From an uncultured Micavibrio sp. (GTDB lineage Bacteria; Pseudomonadota; Alphaproteobacteria; Micavibrionales; UBA1664): a stretch of 64,000 nt of DNA. Within the stretch, counting starts at the first letter, position 1. Every line of letters starts with the position of its first letter. A program made the position numbers and the translations under genes. This document shows positions 17,511 through 27,768 of this stretch, in pieces. Where the stretch lies: contig CAZHEE010000003.1 of the NCBI GenBank assembly GCA_964531715.1, positions 34,989-98,988 on the forward strand, given 5' to 3'. The notes under the pieces are model-generated. The model was not told the origin of the DNA and ran no database searches. It worked only from the letters and a program-made list of their open reading frames with translations.

Positions 17511-18746
17511 TTGCTGGATACATCCCACCCGAATAAAATTCTGCAAGCCAAGCTTGAGGCGATCTACAATCTCCATCAAAAAAAAATGGATTTTCGACTT
17601 GATAAAGGGCCGTATCGTGACCTTTTGGCAAATCTCGGCAATCCGCACTTATCACTACCGCCGACTATTCATATAGCCGGCACAAATGGCAAAGGTTCAA
17701 CGCTTGCATTTCTTAAAAGTCTGTTGGAAGCGCAAGGGAAAACAGTTCACACCTATAGCTCGCCGCACTTGATAAAATTCAATGAACGCATTGTGATTGC
17801 AGGGCAGATGATTGATGATAAGACGCTGGAACATTATATCGATTTAATTTTTGAGGTGAATAATGGCGGCGCGTTGACCTTCTTTGAATTTACGACTGCG
17901 CTGGCTTTTAAGGTTTTTGCTGATCATGAGGCAGATTATTGCTTGCTTGAAACCGGGCTTGGGGGGCGTCTGGATTGTACAAATGTAATTGAACAGCCGC
18001 TTGCGACAATTATTGCGGCCATCGGCTATGACCATATGGATTATCTTGGAGACAATATTTGCCAAATTGCGGCAGAAAAGGCAGGCATTATGAAAGAAGG
18101 CGTGCCTTGCTTCATCGCGCCCCAAGCCTATGCCCAAGTCTATGACGTGTTTGAAAGCCATGCGGTAAAGCTGAATTGTTCACTTCATAAAGTGGAACGA
18201 TTGGAGGATTTGCCGCCGCTCGGCTTGGCAGGGGAGCATCAAAAAGATAATGCCAGTACGGCTCTTGCTGCTATAGCATATCCCCTGAATGATATGACGA
18301 AAAAAGCCCTTCAAAACACATACTGGCCGGCGCGAATGGAAAAATTATCCGACACGCCCGAAATTTGGTTTGATTGCGGTCATAATGCCGATGGCGCAAA
18401 GGCGATTGCTCAACAGCTGAAATCATGGACAGAAAAACAACCTGATCGGCCTATCCACCTTATTATAGGCTTGGCAGCGGATAAGGAGCCTGATGATTTT
18501 CTCGCGCCGCTGACGCCCTTTTGTGACAGCGTTATATGCATTGACCTTATGAATGCGCGAAACCCTCAAACAGGTTTGGAACTAAAGAAACGTATAGCGT
18601 TCGAACAAGATAAATTTCAAATGGCAAAAAATTGTGAAGAAGCAATTCAAGTGATTTTAAGGAAAAGTAAGTCTGAAAACCCGATTATTCTTATCACAGG
18701 GTCATTATATCTTTACGAGCAAGCGACAGTATTCATAAAATCTTGA
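17511..18746 (+). CDS. folC: bifunctional folylpolyglutamate synthase / dihydrofolate synthase
   Basis: P-loop IHIAGTNGKGST and Mur-ligase-like layout. Conserved accD-folC adjacency. Start is TTG (uncertain). Confidence 0.88.
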   Translation: MLDTSHPNKILQAKLEAIYNLHQKKMDFRLDKGPYRDLLANLGNPHLSLPPTIHIAGTNGKGSTLAFLKSLLEAQGKTVHTYSSPHLIKFNERIVIAGQMIDDKTLEHYIDLIFEVNNGGALTFFEFTTALAFKVFADHEADYCLLETGLGGRLDCTNVIEQPLATIIAAIGYDHMDYLGDNICQIAAEKAGIMKEGVPCFIAPQAYAQVYDVFESHAVKLNCSLHKVERLEDLPPLGLAGEHQKDNASTALAAIAYPLNDMTKKALQNTYWPARMEKLSDTPEIWFDCGHNADGAKAIAQQLKSWTEKQPDRPIHLIIGLAADKEPDDFLAPLTPFCDSVICIDLMNARNPQTGLELKKRIAFEQDKFQMAKNCEEAIQVILRKSKSENPIILITGSLYLYEQATVFIKS

Positions 18747-18824
18747 GCTTAATGACTCCAGTTATCTTGGATATATTTTAAAACATAACAAAGTGAAAAA
18801 TATTAAGTAAATAATACAGTATTT

Positions 18825-20162
18825 TTAATTTTTAGAAACATGCATCGTAATTAAAAAGCTCACACCTAAGGTCATAAAACTCACCGATTGAATGATTACA
18901 AAAGCCCATGTAACCATCTCGATCGTTTGACCATTGAAAGTTGGGAGTATGATTGCAAACGCTGTAATATTTATTAAAGAATAAGCCATGACAAGCCATC
19001 TTTTATGCACAGCATAGGCTTGCTGAATAAAATAATTTCCGAGAGCCGCGAAGGGAATGAAGATGAGGAATATCTTAAAAATCGCCAGTAAATTATCGGC
19101 TTTTTTGATCTCCAAATTGGAAAGATAGGAAATGATGCCGATAATGACATCTGCAAAAATATAGCACATAACCGCTATCGCGATTGAGACTATAAATAAT
19201 CTTAAGCTCATGACTAAAAAGCTTTTCATGATAAATTCTTTTGTCTCGGCAGTGGTTTGATTGCTCATAGACGGAAAGAAAACAGTTAGAAAGCTTCGCG
19301 TCGGGATGGCGGCAAGCATTAATAATTTAAACCCAAGCATATAGATTGCGGCGGAGCCTGCCTCCATCGTTGATAAAGTGCGATTAATCACTATCGGCTT
19401 CATCAATTCAGAGGCGAGCATTAACATTTGCGGTATGATGAGCGGCAGAATAATCAAAGCAAAAGTCAGCGGTTGAAGTTTAAAACTCTTACCCTTCACA
19501 TTTGCAATTTGTGCATAAAGAAACAAGGTCAGCGCGGTCATCACACCAATTCCGACCATGAGTGACAGGCCAATCATTTGGTATGCATCTTCAAAAAATG
19601 CTGCATTATAGCCAAAAAGTATAAGACCAATAACAACCGCAACATTAATCAGAATTTGCCCTAAAGGTTGCGCCCAGAAATTTCCGTAAAAATTGAGGAG
19701 AGCCGACACCGCACCCGCCAATGTAGTACAAACAAAACCGACAATAATAATTTGCATGAGCGGTATAGCCTGCACAAAAGCTTCCGTGCTTAAACCTGGC
19801 GCTAAAAAGGCCAGTATGTGTTGCGGATATATCACCCCATAAAACAAAACAGGTATTAGCAGAAGCATAATAAACGCCATAAAATGATGAGTGAAGGTAA
19901 TGCATTCACTGTCTTTCCCCTCTGCGCAGTATTGTGATAATTTTGGAATAACAACATATTTAAAAAGTTGCTGCGCGATCACTGTATTGCCCAAAATCAT
20001 GAAAGCCATGAGGATGCGAAACACATCCATAACCTCCCCCGCGCCAATTACGCGAATAAAGATTATATCAAGGAGCAAGCCAAACGCAGGCGAAAGATAA
20101 AGCAGAATAGTCAGCCCGAAAATCTTATTAAACAGGGGATGGCGGGTAAGATCTTTTATCAT
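18825..20162 (-). CDS. polysaccharide flippase (MOP/Wzx-like) membrane protein
   Basis: 445 aa with many TM segments. Last gene of the glycosyltransferase operon, with a 4-nt overlap to the upstream gene. Confidence 0.7.
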   Translation of the reverse strand: MIKDLTRHPLFNKIFGLTILLYLSPAFGLLLDIIFIRVIGAGEVMDVFRILMAFMILGNTVIAQQLFKYVVIPKLSQYCAEGKDSECITFTHHFMAFIMLLLIPVLFYGVIYPQHILAFLAPGLSTEAFVQAIPLMQIIIVGFVCTTLAGAVSALLNFYGNFWAQPLGQILINVAVVIGLILFGYNAAFFEDAYQMIGLSLMVGIGVMTALTLFLYAQIANVKGKSFKLQPLTFALIILPLIIPQMLMLASELMKPIVINRTLSTMEAGSAAIYMLGFKLLMLAAIPTRSFLTVFFPSMSNQTTAETKEFIMKSFLVMSLRLFIVSIAIAVMCYIFADVIIGIISYLSNLEIKKADNLLAIFKIFLIFIPFAALGNYFIQQAYAVHKRWLVMAYSLINITAFAIILPTFNGQTIEMVTWAFVIIQSVSFMTLGVSFLITMHVSKN

Positions 20163-21313
20163 TTTGCATCTATAAAATGCTGCAACCCATCAATCATTTG
20201 TGTGGCGGCATTATCAGGATTATAGGGTTCAATATGATTGAGACAATTTTGAGCAGTTGCCTCAAAATTTGTAAAATGTTTTGTTGCTTTCATCATAATT
20301 TGCGCAATATCTTCCGCTTTATAAGGGTTCAAACGAAACCCCGTCTCGCCTTCAATGACAAGTTCGGGAACGCAACCACATGTCTTGCTCACTAAAACAG
20401 GGCAACCATAATGCAGGGCTTCATTAACAACCAATCCCCAAGGCTCGCTTATGCTTGGAAGAATGAAAAAATGCGCGCTCATATAGCTTTGTGAAAGTTT
20501 ATCCCCGCTTTGACTGTCGAGAAAATGGATATGATTGGAGAGGTTCAATGCGTTGACTTGTTGTTTTAAGCGTTCTTCCTTAGACCCGCCACCAATTATA
20601 TTCAAATGTGCCTGCGGCATATCTTGCACAATGAAAGAGAAAGCCTCAATCAAGCGCGACAGGTTTTTTTCTGGTGATATCCGCCCGACATAAAGGAAGG
20701 TCAGAGGAATATCACTTGCCTTTAATGCGGCACGGCTGTTCAAGATTAGAGCTGTATTGTAAGCCTCTGGCAAGGACGCGGCTTGCACGCGTTGATGCCA
20801 TTGTGACGGTTTGATACCAAGAGATAATGCATAGTCTTTAGCCCGTTCACCGTAACCAAATACACCATCGGCAAATTTGAAAATCGCTCTCTTAATCAAT
20901 GTTTTAAGAGCATTTGAAGTATTGTCATGAAGCGTTGAATCACAAAATAAAATAAATTTTTTACGTTTGATTTTGACGAGTAGCATTTGTAACCAGATTT
21001 CAGGTTTTTCAAACCCTGTAAGGACAAAGATATCCGCCTTTGATGCCCATGTCAGTGCAGCAATTTTGCGCATCCGTGTTAATAACGAAACATCCTGATA
21101 AGCCCCTTTGAATAAAAGATGATAAGGATAGGCGTGACAGGAATGGTCAACCCCACTTAAAGATTTACGACGGCCTTCCGTCTCGGCAATATGATAGATG
21201 GTCACATTAATATCGGCGGCTTTCGCTTGGTGCGACAGAGCCGTAAACACCGCCGCCTTATAGCGCGACCAGAGAATGTTATGCCAGATATCAACCTTAA
21301 AAGACCTAGACAT
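20159..21313 (-). CDS. glycosyltransferase family 4 (GT-B fold)
   Basis: C-terminal EPWGLVVNEALHYGCPVLVS..G..E.V type motif. Start moved to the ATG at 21313, which overlaps the upstream stop by 8 nt. Confidence 0.85.
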   Translation of the reverse strand: MSRSFKVDIWHNILWSRYKAAVFTALSHQAKAADINVTIYHIAETEGRRKSLSGVDHSCHAYPYHLLFKGAYQDVSLLTRMRKIAALTWASKADIFVLTGFEKPEIWLQMLLVKIKRKKFILFCDSTLHDNTSNALKTLIKRAIFKFADGVFGYGERAKDYALSLGIKPSQWHQRVQAASLPEAYNTALILNSRAALKASDIPLTFLYVGRISPEKNLSRLIEAFSFIVQDMPQAHLNIIGGGSKEERLKQQVNALNLSNHIHFLDSQSGDKLSQSYMSAHFFILPSISEPWGLVVNEALHYGCPVLVSKTCGCVPELVIEGETGFRLNPYKAEDIAQIMMKATKHFTNFEATAQNCLNHIEPYNPDNAATQMIDGLQHFIDAK

Positions 21314-21875
21314 TTTTTTGCCTGTCGCGGATTTCTTTTGCAGGATTGCCTGCAACAATTTTGGCTGGTGCAACATCATTCAAAACAACTGCTTTCGCCC
21401 CAATCATCGCGCCTTCCCCGATTGTCACACCCGGCGCAATAAATACCCCTGTTGCAATCCAAACCTCATCTTGAATTGTGACAGTCTTGTTAATTAGGGG
21501 AAAATCTATGCATTTATAATCATGGGTCGCTGCGCAGATATAGCTGCCTTGCGAAATGACACTATGATTGCCGATATTAATTGTACCAAGGCTATAAAGC
21601 TCCGCCCTGTCGCCAATCCAGACATAATCGCCAAGAGTGACATTCCACGGATAAGTCACGCGCGCGGATGGTCGAATGAGAACATTTTTACCGACTTTCG
21701 CCCCGAAAAGCCGCCATAAAAAACGCCGCCAGCCATGAAAAAATTGCGGGCTAGGCGCAATTAACAGGGCCTGCACAATCCACCAAAGCTGCACAATAAA
21801 AGCAGAGCGGCCGCGAAAGCCTTCCTTAACTTTAAATTGTGATAAATCCATATAATGGTTTTTGGTTTTAGCCAT
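21306..21875 (-). CDS. hexapeptide-repeat O-acetyltransferase (WcaF-like)
   Basis: Left-handed beta-helix repeats (IGDRAELYS.GTINIGNHSVISQGSYI..., VWIATGVFIAPGVTIGEGAMIGAKAVV) with an N-terminal membrane helix. Confidence 0.85.
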   Translation of the reverse strand: MAKTKNHYMDLSQFKVKEGFRGRSAFIVQLWWIVQALLIAPSPQFFHGWRRFLWRLFGAKVGKNVLIRPSARVTYPWNVTLGDYVWIGDRAELYSLGTINIGNHSVISQGSYICAATHDYKCIDFPLINKTVTIQDEVWIATGVFIAPGVTIGEGAMIGAKAVVLNDVAPAKIVAGNPAKEIRDRQKNV

Positions 21876-22962
21876 CCATCAGACTTTCGATTGTTTTTAA
21901 AGCTTGCGCCCTGTCGGTTTCAAAAGCTTCAACTGTTTGTTTTTTCAAGATTTTAAAATCATTCAGGTTTTCGATATAGCCTTCAATTTTTTCAACGGCA
22001 TGGCTCACAAAATCCATGTCTTGTTCGAACACCGCGCCACATAGTCCGATTTGGTCACTGATACATCCCCGATTATAGGAAAGGACAGGAATGCCGCATG
22101 CCATAGCCTCGGCAATAACGGTCGGTTGCGCCTCGTTAAAATAGCGTGTCGGAAACAGAAACAAATCAATATCTTTATAGAATTTCATCTTTTCGTCATC
22201 GTAAACTGCACCACGATAATCAAGTTGCGCACCAAATTTTTGTTGCGCATCCTCAATCACTTGACGGTCCGAATCCGATACGGGCGGCCCTGCCAATATG
22301 GCCTTAATACTCAATCCTTTATTCGCGCAAGCCTCAATCGTCTGAAGAAAAAGACGCAATCCTTTTTCCTTATTAAGGTTACTGAGATGACCTATTGTAA
22401 ACGGTTTGATCACTGCACGCTTAAGGTTGGTTTGCTTAGGCAAGGTTACGAAAGCACTATTCGAAATGACTTTGCTTTTAACATTGCCATATTGATCCTG
22501 AAACCTTTGCGCCATGAGGTTGCAAAGAAAAAAATGCGTGGTTCGTTTCGGTAAAATCTTTACTAATATTCTTATCAGCGTTAATGAATTATCAATATAA
22601 TGGAAGCTATGATGATGGAGTGTGACAGGAGATTTTTTAAATCGTGTGGCGATAGCCAGAATATTTGTATAAATTAAACCGATTCCACCTTCACAAGCAA
22701 TATAAACAGCCGTATTTCGGCGTGATTTTAAAATAGCCAGCGCGGCCTTCACTGTAAGAAACAGTCTTACCAAATTATAAAGCACTGGCCTCCTGAAAAA
22801 TTCGCTTTGAGGCACTAAATTATGTCTTACCACTATGTATTTATGTGATAAGAGGTTTGACATTTGCAGTGTTATAAAGGAAAAACCATGAACAGGCGGC
22901 GGAAATTGCCCTATGACCATTATTACCGGCTTTTTCTGGTTACTATTTTTATCACTCATCAT
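21868..22962 (-). CDS. glycosyltransferase (GT-B, family 4-like)
   Basis: FPTRYFNEAQPTVIAEAMACGIPVLS motif; operon context. Confidence 0.8.
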   Translation of the reverse strand: MMSDKNSNQKKPVIMVIGQFPPPVHGFSFITLQMSNLLSHKYIVVRHNLVPQSEFFRRPVLYNLVRLFLTVKAALAILKSRRNTAVYIACEGGIGLIYTNILAIATRFKKSPVTLHHHSFHYIDNSLTLIRILVKILPKRTTHFFLCNLMAQRFQDQYGNVKSKVISNSAFVTLPKQTNLKRAVIKPFTIGHLSNLNKEKGLRLFLQTIEACANKGLSIKAILAGPPVSDSDRQVIEDAQQKFGAQLDYRGAVYDDEKMKFYKDIDLFLFPTRYFNEAQPTVIAEAMACGIPVLSYNRGCISDQIGLCGAVFEQDMDFVSHAVEKIEGYIENLNDFKILKKQTVEAFETDRAQALKTIESLMDG

Positions 22963-23014
22963 TTATAGTAAGTATGCTTAGTATTTCATCAAAAGGCTAG
23001 GTAGTATTGTTTCT

Positions 23015-24433
23015 ATGAATGAAGTCGGGACATTTAGGTTGAATAAAATCGAACCGATTTTAAAGAGCCGAAATAATGCTTTTGATACGATATTTTCGGG
23101 GATTTTAATAACGCTTCTTATGCTGTGTATCGGTTATGCCCTCGGGCGTTTCGGTGATCATCCCTTTGCGCTTATACTCTTATCCCTTAACGGGTTTATG
23201 GCGATTGTCGGTATGATTAAAGCAATAAGGCGGCAAGCCTCGATTCATTTTATCGCTTTTATGTTTTGCTACTTATTTTTTTCGCTTGCACCGATTGCAC
23301 AAGTTGGCGCGGCAAGTGACCCTGTTTTTGAAATCGGGTTTATTCTTTTAAAGGCATCATTTGCAACCTTTATCTTTACATTTTTAGGCTTATTGACCTT
23401 GATTGCATCAAGTTCGTTTATCAAAAACACCATACAAAAAGATACGAGAAAAGATACAGATTCAGGCCATTTTGGTTTGTTATATATCATGACTCTTGTT
23501 GTGGCGCTTATCTCGCTAGGGTTATTTAGGGAAGGATTATTCACATCGCGCGAGGGGTTTAATATTATTCTCACATCCATATTTAAGGATCAGGCAATTG
23601 CCTTGGTCGCCATGAATATTTTGAAGCTCACACCATTTTTTGGCGCGGTTATAGGCCTTCGCGCCGCAATGCGTATGAAAAGAAAAGATATGATTGCTGC
23701 CTTTTTATTTCTACTGTTGCTTGCAGTAGTTATTAACAACCCGATGACCAGCCCGCGATATTATCTGGCAGGAATTGCGTTTTTCTTTATCGATTACATG
23801 TTTGCAGGACAGCGAACCCGCTTACTCTCACTCCTGCTGATTATCGGCATTTTGACCGCGCCGCTTTTTCATGTATTCAGGCGTGATGCGCCAATCGAGA
23901 TGCCCGTACCTGAAAAAACCTTGATGGAAGATACACTTTTATCAATGGATTATGACGGGTTTCAACTGGGCAGCTATACATTGTTAAATGCTGATAAAGA
24001 GGGGTTAAGTTACGGGAATAATTTACTGGGTGCCGTTCTTTTTTTCGTGCCGCGAAAGTTATGGGAGGATAAACCGCCGCCGACATCGCATATTATCTAT
24101 GAAACAATGATTGAATACAGATTGGTTGGTACAAATAACCTCTCGACCCCTCTTGTTTTTGAAGGCTATTACGCATTTGCATGGATAGGTGTCATAGGGA
24201 TCAGCCTTATTTTCTGGTGGCTGATTGCTATAATCACAAGATATTCATGGGCGGATGACACATCCTTTATGTTTTTAACAAGATGTATTATGGCAGGGTT
24301 AACCTTAATTTTGCTTAGAGGTACGCTCATGGTTGCAATGTCTGCCATTGTGGGATTTGTGATAGCGGCCGCATTACCTTATATTATTTTTAATCTGAAA
24401 CGTATCTTTAAACCAAAATCTGTTTATTCATGA
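23015..24433 (+). CDS. oligosaccharide repeat-unit polymerase (Wzy-like) membrane protein
   Basis: 472 aa with at least 10 hydrophobic segments and a large loop. Lies divergent from the glycosyltransferase operon. The call rests on context and topology only. Confidence 0.55.
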   Translation: MNEVGTFRLNKIEPILKSRNNAFDTIFSGILITLLMLCIGYALGRFGDHPFALILLSLNGFMAIVGMIKAIRRQASIHFIAFMFCYLFFSLAPIAQVGAASDPVFEIGFILLKASFATFIFTFLGLLTLIASSSFIKNTIQKDTRKDTDSGHFGLLYIMTLVVALISLGLFREGLFTSREGFNIILTSIFKDQAIALVAMNILKLTPFFGAVIGLRAAMRMKRKDMIAAFLFLLLLAVVINNPMTSPRYYLAGIAFFFIDYMFAGQRTRLLSLLLIIGILTAPLFHVFRRDAPIEMPVPEKTLMEDTLLSMDYDGFQLGSYTLLNADKEGLSYGNNLLGAVLFFVPRKLWEDKPPPTSHIIYETMIEYRLVGTNNLSTPLVFEGYYAFAWIGVIGISLIFWWLIAIITRYSWADDTSFMFLTRCIMAGLTLILLRGTLMVAMSAIVGFVIAAALPYIIFNLKRIFKPKSVYS

Positions 24434-25656
24434 AAATCCTCTTTTTATCCATCAATCATGCCCCTGAAAAGACGGGCATTGGCAAATATCAGGGTGAAAT
24501 GGCGCGTTGGTTCATTGAACAGGGACATCAGGTTCATTGCGTGACCGCGCCGCCTTACTATCCAGAATGGGCGGTTCAGTCTGGCTATAAAGCATGGGCG
24601 TATAAGACTGAAACATTAGATGGGGCAAAGGTCACACGCGTGCCGCTTTATGTGCCTAAAAACCCGGGTGGGTTAAAACGCCTCATTCATCTTACAAGCT
24701 TTGGCATAAGCTGCCTGCCTGTCATGTTATGGCGGGCTTTTAAAGATAAGCCTGATGCGATTCTCATGACTGCACCGCCGTTGATGGCCGCCCCTGCCGC
24801 GCTCCTCGCCGCGAAGATTGGCAGGGCTCGTTCTATTCTTCATATTCAGGATTTTGAGGTTGATGCGGCGTTTGAGCTTGGGCTTCTCAAAAACCCGAAA
24901 CTTAAAAAACTCGCTTTATGGTTTGAGCGCAAAGCCCTTGGCGCATTTGACATTGTCTCAACCATCTCGCCAAATATGCAAAAACGCCTGATGGATAAAG
25001 GATTACCAGAAAATAAGACCGCGCTTGTGCCGAACTGGGCAAATATTGATATGTTTGATGCCTTGCCAAAAGATACAGCGAACCCATGGCTTCAAAAATA
25101 TAAGGGCGAAAATCCCGATGCGATTCTCGCGGTTTATTCGGGTAATTTGGGGCAAAAGCAAGGCCTTGAAACCATTGTAGAGGTCGCGCAAATTTTAAAC
25201 ATAAGCGCACCATATATTCAATTTATTATTAGCGGTGATGGTGCAGGGCGCGAGGCAATGGTGAAACAGGCCGAGGGTTTAAATAATATCACCTTTGTAC
25301 CGCTCCAACCCTTTGAGGATTTTCTCCATTTGATGGTCGCGGCGGACATGCATCTTCTGCCTCAAAAGGCAGGCGCCGCCGATTTGGTTATGCCGTCAAA
25401 GCTGGGGAATATTTTGTCAAGCGGGCGCCCTGTGATAGTCGGCGCACCGCAAGGCACACAAGTTCATAGCGCGATTGAGGAATGCGGTTTGGCGGTTGAA
25501 CCTGAAAACGCGACTGAGTTCGCAGATGCGATTTTGACACTCGCCAAAGATGAAAAAGAGCGCGAGTTAATGGGTAAAGCCGCCCGCGCCCGCGCTGAAC
25601 GCGATTGGGGGAAGGAAAGCTTACTCAAGAGAATGGAAAGCTTACTGAAAAATTAA
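24430..25656 (+). CDS. WcaI-family glycosyltransferase
   Basis: MKILFLSINHAPEKTGIGKYQGEMARWFIEQGHQVHCVTAPPYYPEW closely follows the WcaI N-terminal pattern. GT-B C-terminal domain. Confidence 0.85.
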   Translation: MKILFLSINHAPEKTGIGKYQGEMARWFIEQGHQVHCVTAPPYYPEWAVQSGYKAWAYKTETLDGAKVTRVPLYVPKNPGGLKRLIHLTSFGISCLPVMLWRAFKDKPDAILMTAPPLMAAPAALLAAKIGRARSILHIQDFEVDAAFELGLLKNPKLKKLALWFERKALGAFDIVSTISPNMQKRLMDKGLPENKTALVPNWANIDMFDALPKDTANPWLQKYKGENPDAILAVYSGNLGQKQGLETIVEVAQILNISAPYIQFIISGDGAGREAMVKQAEGLNNITFVPLQPFEDFLHLMVAADMHLLPQKAGAADLVMPSKLGNILSSGRPVIVGAPQGTQVHSAIEECGLAVEPENATEFADAILTLAKDEKERELMGKAARARAERDWGKESLLKRMESLLKN

Positions 25657-26323
25657 CTCGCTTCATAAATTTCGCTCAGGAACGAAAATTCTGGGGACAG
25701 GAGCGCGGTGTAGAGAAAAAACGCACCGATTAAAATGAAACCCATCGAGGTTATGATATTCAATCGTTTAACAATTTTAGTATCTGAAAGGGCTTGTTTA
25801 ATTTGTGTTGTTAATGTGATTAGCAAGATATCACTTTGTATATAAACAACGGCAATAATCCCCAATCCTAACAAAACATCTGTGGTTTCGAAGTCGCCGA
25901 CAGGAATAAGCGTCGGCATTATCCCTAAGAAATATAATATCGGATATGGATTGGCGAGAGTGAGTAATATACCTGAGACATAATTTTCAATGAAACCAGA
26001 TTTACTTTCATGGTCTAGACGACCTGTCCAAACGCCCTCATCTAAATTGCTTAAACCCTTATAACCAATATAAAAGAGGTAACCAGCACCAACTATTTAA
26101 AAATAATATCATAGGACTCAAAAAAGTTAGTGACAATTTCCAATCCTAAGGCTGCAATGATGAAATAGGACATGCATATTGTTAAAATACCCAGCGATAA
26201 ATATAAGGCAGGCAGGAAACCGTCATTAAGCGCCCGTGTTATTTTCAATGCTTGCCCGGGTCCGGGCTTGATCCACAGCAAAGCAAGCGAGATGAAAAAG
26301 ATAAACGCGCTTTCAAGCGTCAT
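25653..26323 (-). pseudogene. LysE/RhtB-family translocator broken by a 1-nt frameshift
   Basis: N-terminal piece ...LWIKPGPGQ...FESYDIIFK* . In the adjacent frame the sequence continues IVGAGYLFYIGYKGL...LTLANPYPILYFLGIMPTLIP.... The break lies at TTTTAAATAG (about 26093-26100); one extra A would restore a roughly 220-aa protein. Confidence 0.75.
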
Positions 26324-26751
26324 GATGGCTCACCCTCCTGATCGGACAGATTTATGATAAAATGCCATTCTTCCTCGCGGACAGGGCTGACCGAAAGGCG
26401 CGATTGCTTGAGAAGCGCCATATTTTCAAGTTCAGGAATTTGTTTGATTTTCGCCAATATGACAGGATTTTTTACGGGTCTAACAGCCTTAAAATCTACC
26501 ATACCGAACCGCTCTGTTTCATCCGTATGGTCAGGGTAATATTCGCGCACGACCTCAACAATGCCGACAATCTCTTTGCCTTCATTGGAGTGATAGAAAA
26601 AAGCCTGGTCGCCGATTTTCATCGCCTTCATATTATTTGCGGCCTGATAATTGCGCACACCATCCCAATGCTCGACACCTTTTTGAACATGGTCGTCCCA
26701 ACTCCATTTATATGGTTCGGATTTTATCAGCCAATATTGCATTGCATTCAT
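26320..26751 (-). CDS. EVE (PUA-like) domain protein
   Basis: MQYWLIKSEPYKWSWDD...HWDGVRNYQAANNMKAMKIGDQAFFYHSNEGKEIVGIVEV is the EVE/DUF55 signature. The start is uncertain (26751 or 26742). Confidence 0.85.
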   Translation of the reverse strand: MNAMQYWLIKSEPYKWSWDDHVQKGVEHWDGVRNYQAANNMKAMKIGDQAFFYHSNEGKEIVGIVEVVREYYPDHTDETERFGMVDFKAVRPVKNPVILAKIKQIPELENMALLKQSRLSVSPVREEEWHFIINLSDQEGEPS

Positions 26752-27112
26752 GATGCGGGGTGTGGGCGTAAAGTCAAGATACTTCGTCATTGCATTTTTC
26801 ATTTAGGAATAAGTGTAATTCAGACTTTAAAAATATTGAAATGCTAGGGTCTACCCTTATAGATAAGGATATAATTTAATGGTTTAATAAATTAAAGAAG
26901 GAGTTGTTAAAACATGTCCCGCTATTTTTATCTTTCCGACACATAATGGTCAGCAGGGGATTTGGGAATACAGCTCGGGCTTCAACGCTATTTTGACTTG
27001 CCCGACCGACCGAATGAGAAAGAAACACTTTTTATGCAATCGCATTTTGAAGGCAAAGAAACTGCGGCTTCCTTCCTCCTCTGGGCTCTCAAGGGGGATA
27101 AATTACATTAAA

Positions 27113-27768
27113 CTAAAATTCAACATAGCTCTTATAGTCTCGCTCTATTCTATATCGTGGCGAACGAATTATAGCCCAACCATGGTCTTTAGAAGTCTCA
27201 CCTCTTTTTTCCAATTTATAGCCTAAGTTTGATATAAAGAATGATACGCCTTTTTCTATGGCAGGCATGTGGTAATCATCAACAAAAATTGCCCCCTTTG
27301 GTTTAATAAGCTTGTCATATAAAAAAGATCTATAAAAAAGTTATCAAATTTATGACTGCCATCTATCATAGCAAAATCATAGCGGCATTTTTCACTTAAT
27401 AATCGAGGCAAGCAAATTTCAGAAAGTTCCTCGATAAATATAACTTTGTTTTTATGTTCAGTTTTTTCGATCAATTCTCTACCAATATTAAAAAATCCCT
27501 TTTGAAAGGGGTCAATGGTAGTTAGTGAAAATTCCTTGTCTTCTAATGCTTTTAAAATATGAAGCGTAGCATAACCATATGCTGTACCTATTTCTAAAAT
27601 TGATTTCGGATCTTCTACTTTTACAACATTTGCTAAAATTTCACCTTCCTTAGCATCAATCGATATAGGAAATATTTTGTGTATTTCGCCTGTGGTAATG
27701 GATTTGTATCCTTCTGGATTTGATAATAATTGTATGGCTTCTGTAGCTTTCATAATATCACCCCACAA
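27113..27768 (-). pseudogene. class I SAM-dependent methyltransferase with a frameshift at a T-run
   Basis: ILEIGTAYGYATL (SAM motif I) ... MIDGSHKFDNFF. The frame then switches near 27325-27345 (CTTTTTTAT). The alternative frame continues YDKLIKPKGAIFVDDYHMPAIEKGVSFF... down to a stop at 27113. Confidence 0.7.

Noticed and set aside
27040-27100. GGAAGGAAGCCGC on the minus strand resembles the conserved GGAAGGAAGCAGC core of SRP (4.5S) RNA.
   Set aside because: The bases 5' of the putative GGAA tetraloop (GAGGA) cannot pair with the 3' strand. No terminal helix closes the molecule. The surrounding sequence shows no other domain IV features.
26850-27112. Unassigned 260-bp stretch with an ORF-track entry (26993..27226) that might be a gene.
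   Set aside because: The ORF overlaps the 3' part of the frameshifted methyltransferase on the other strand and has no motif or RBS. It is left unannotated.
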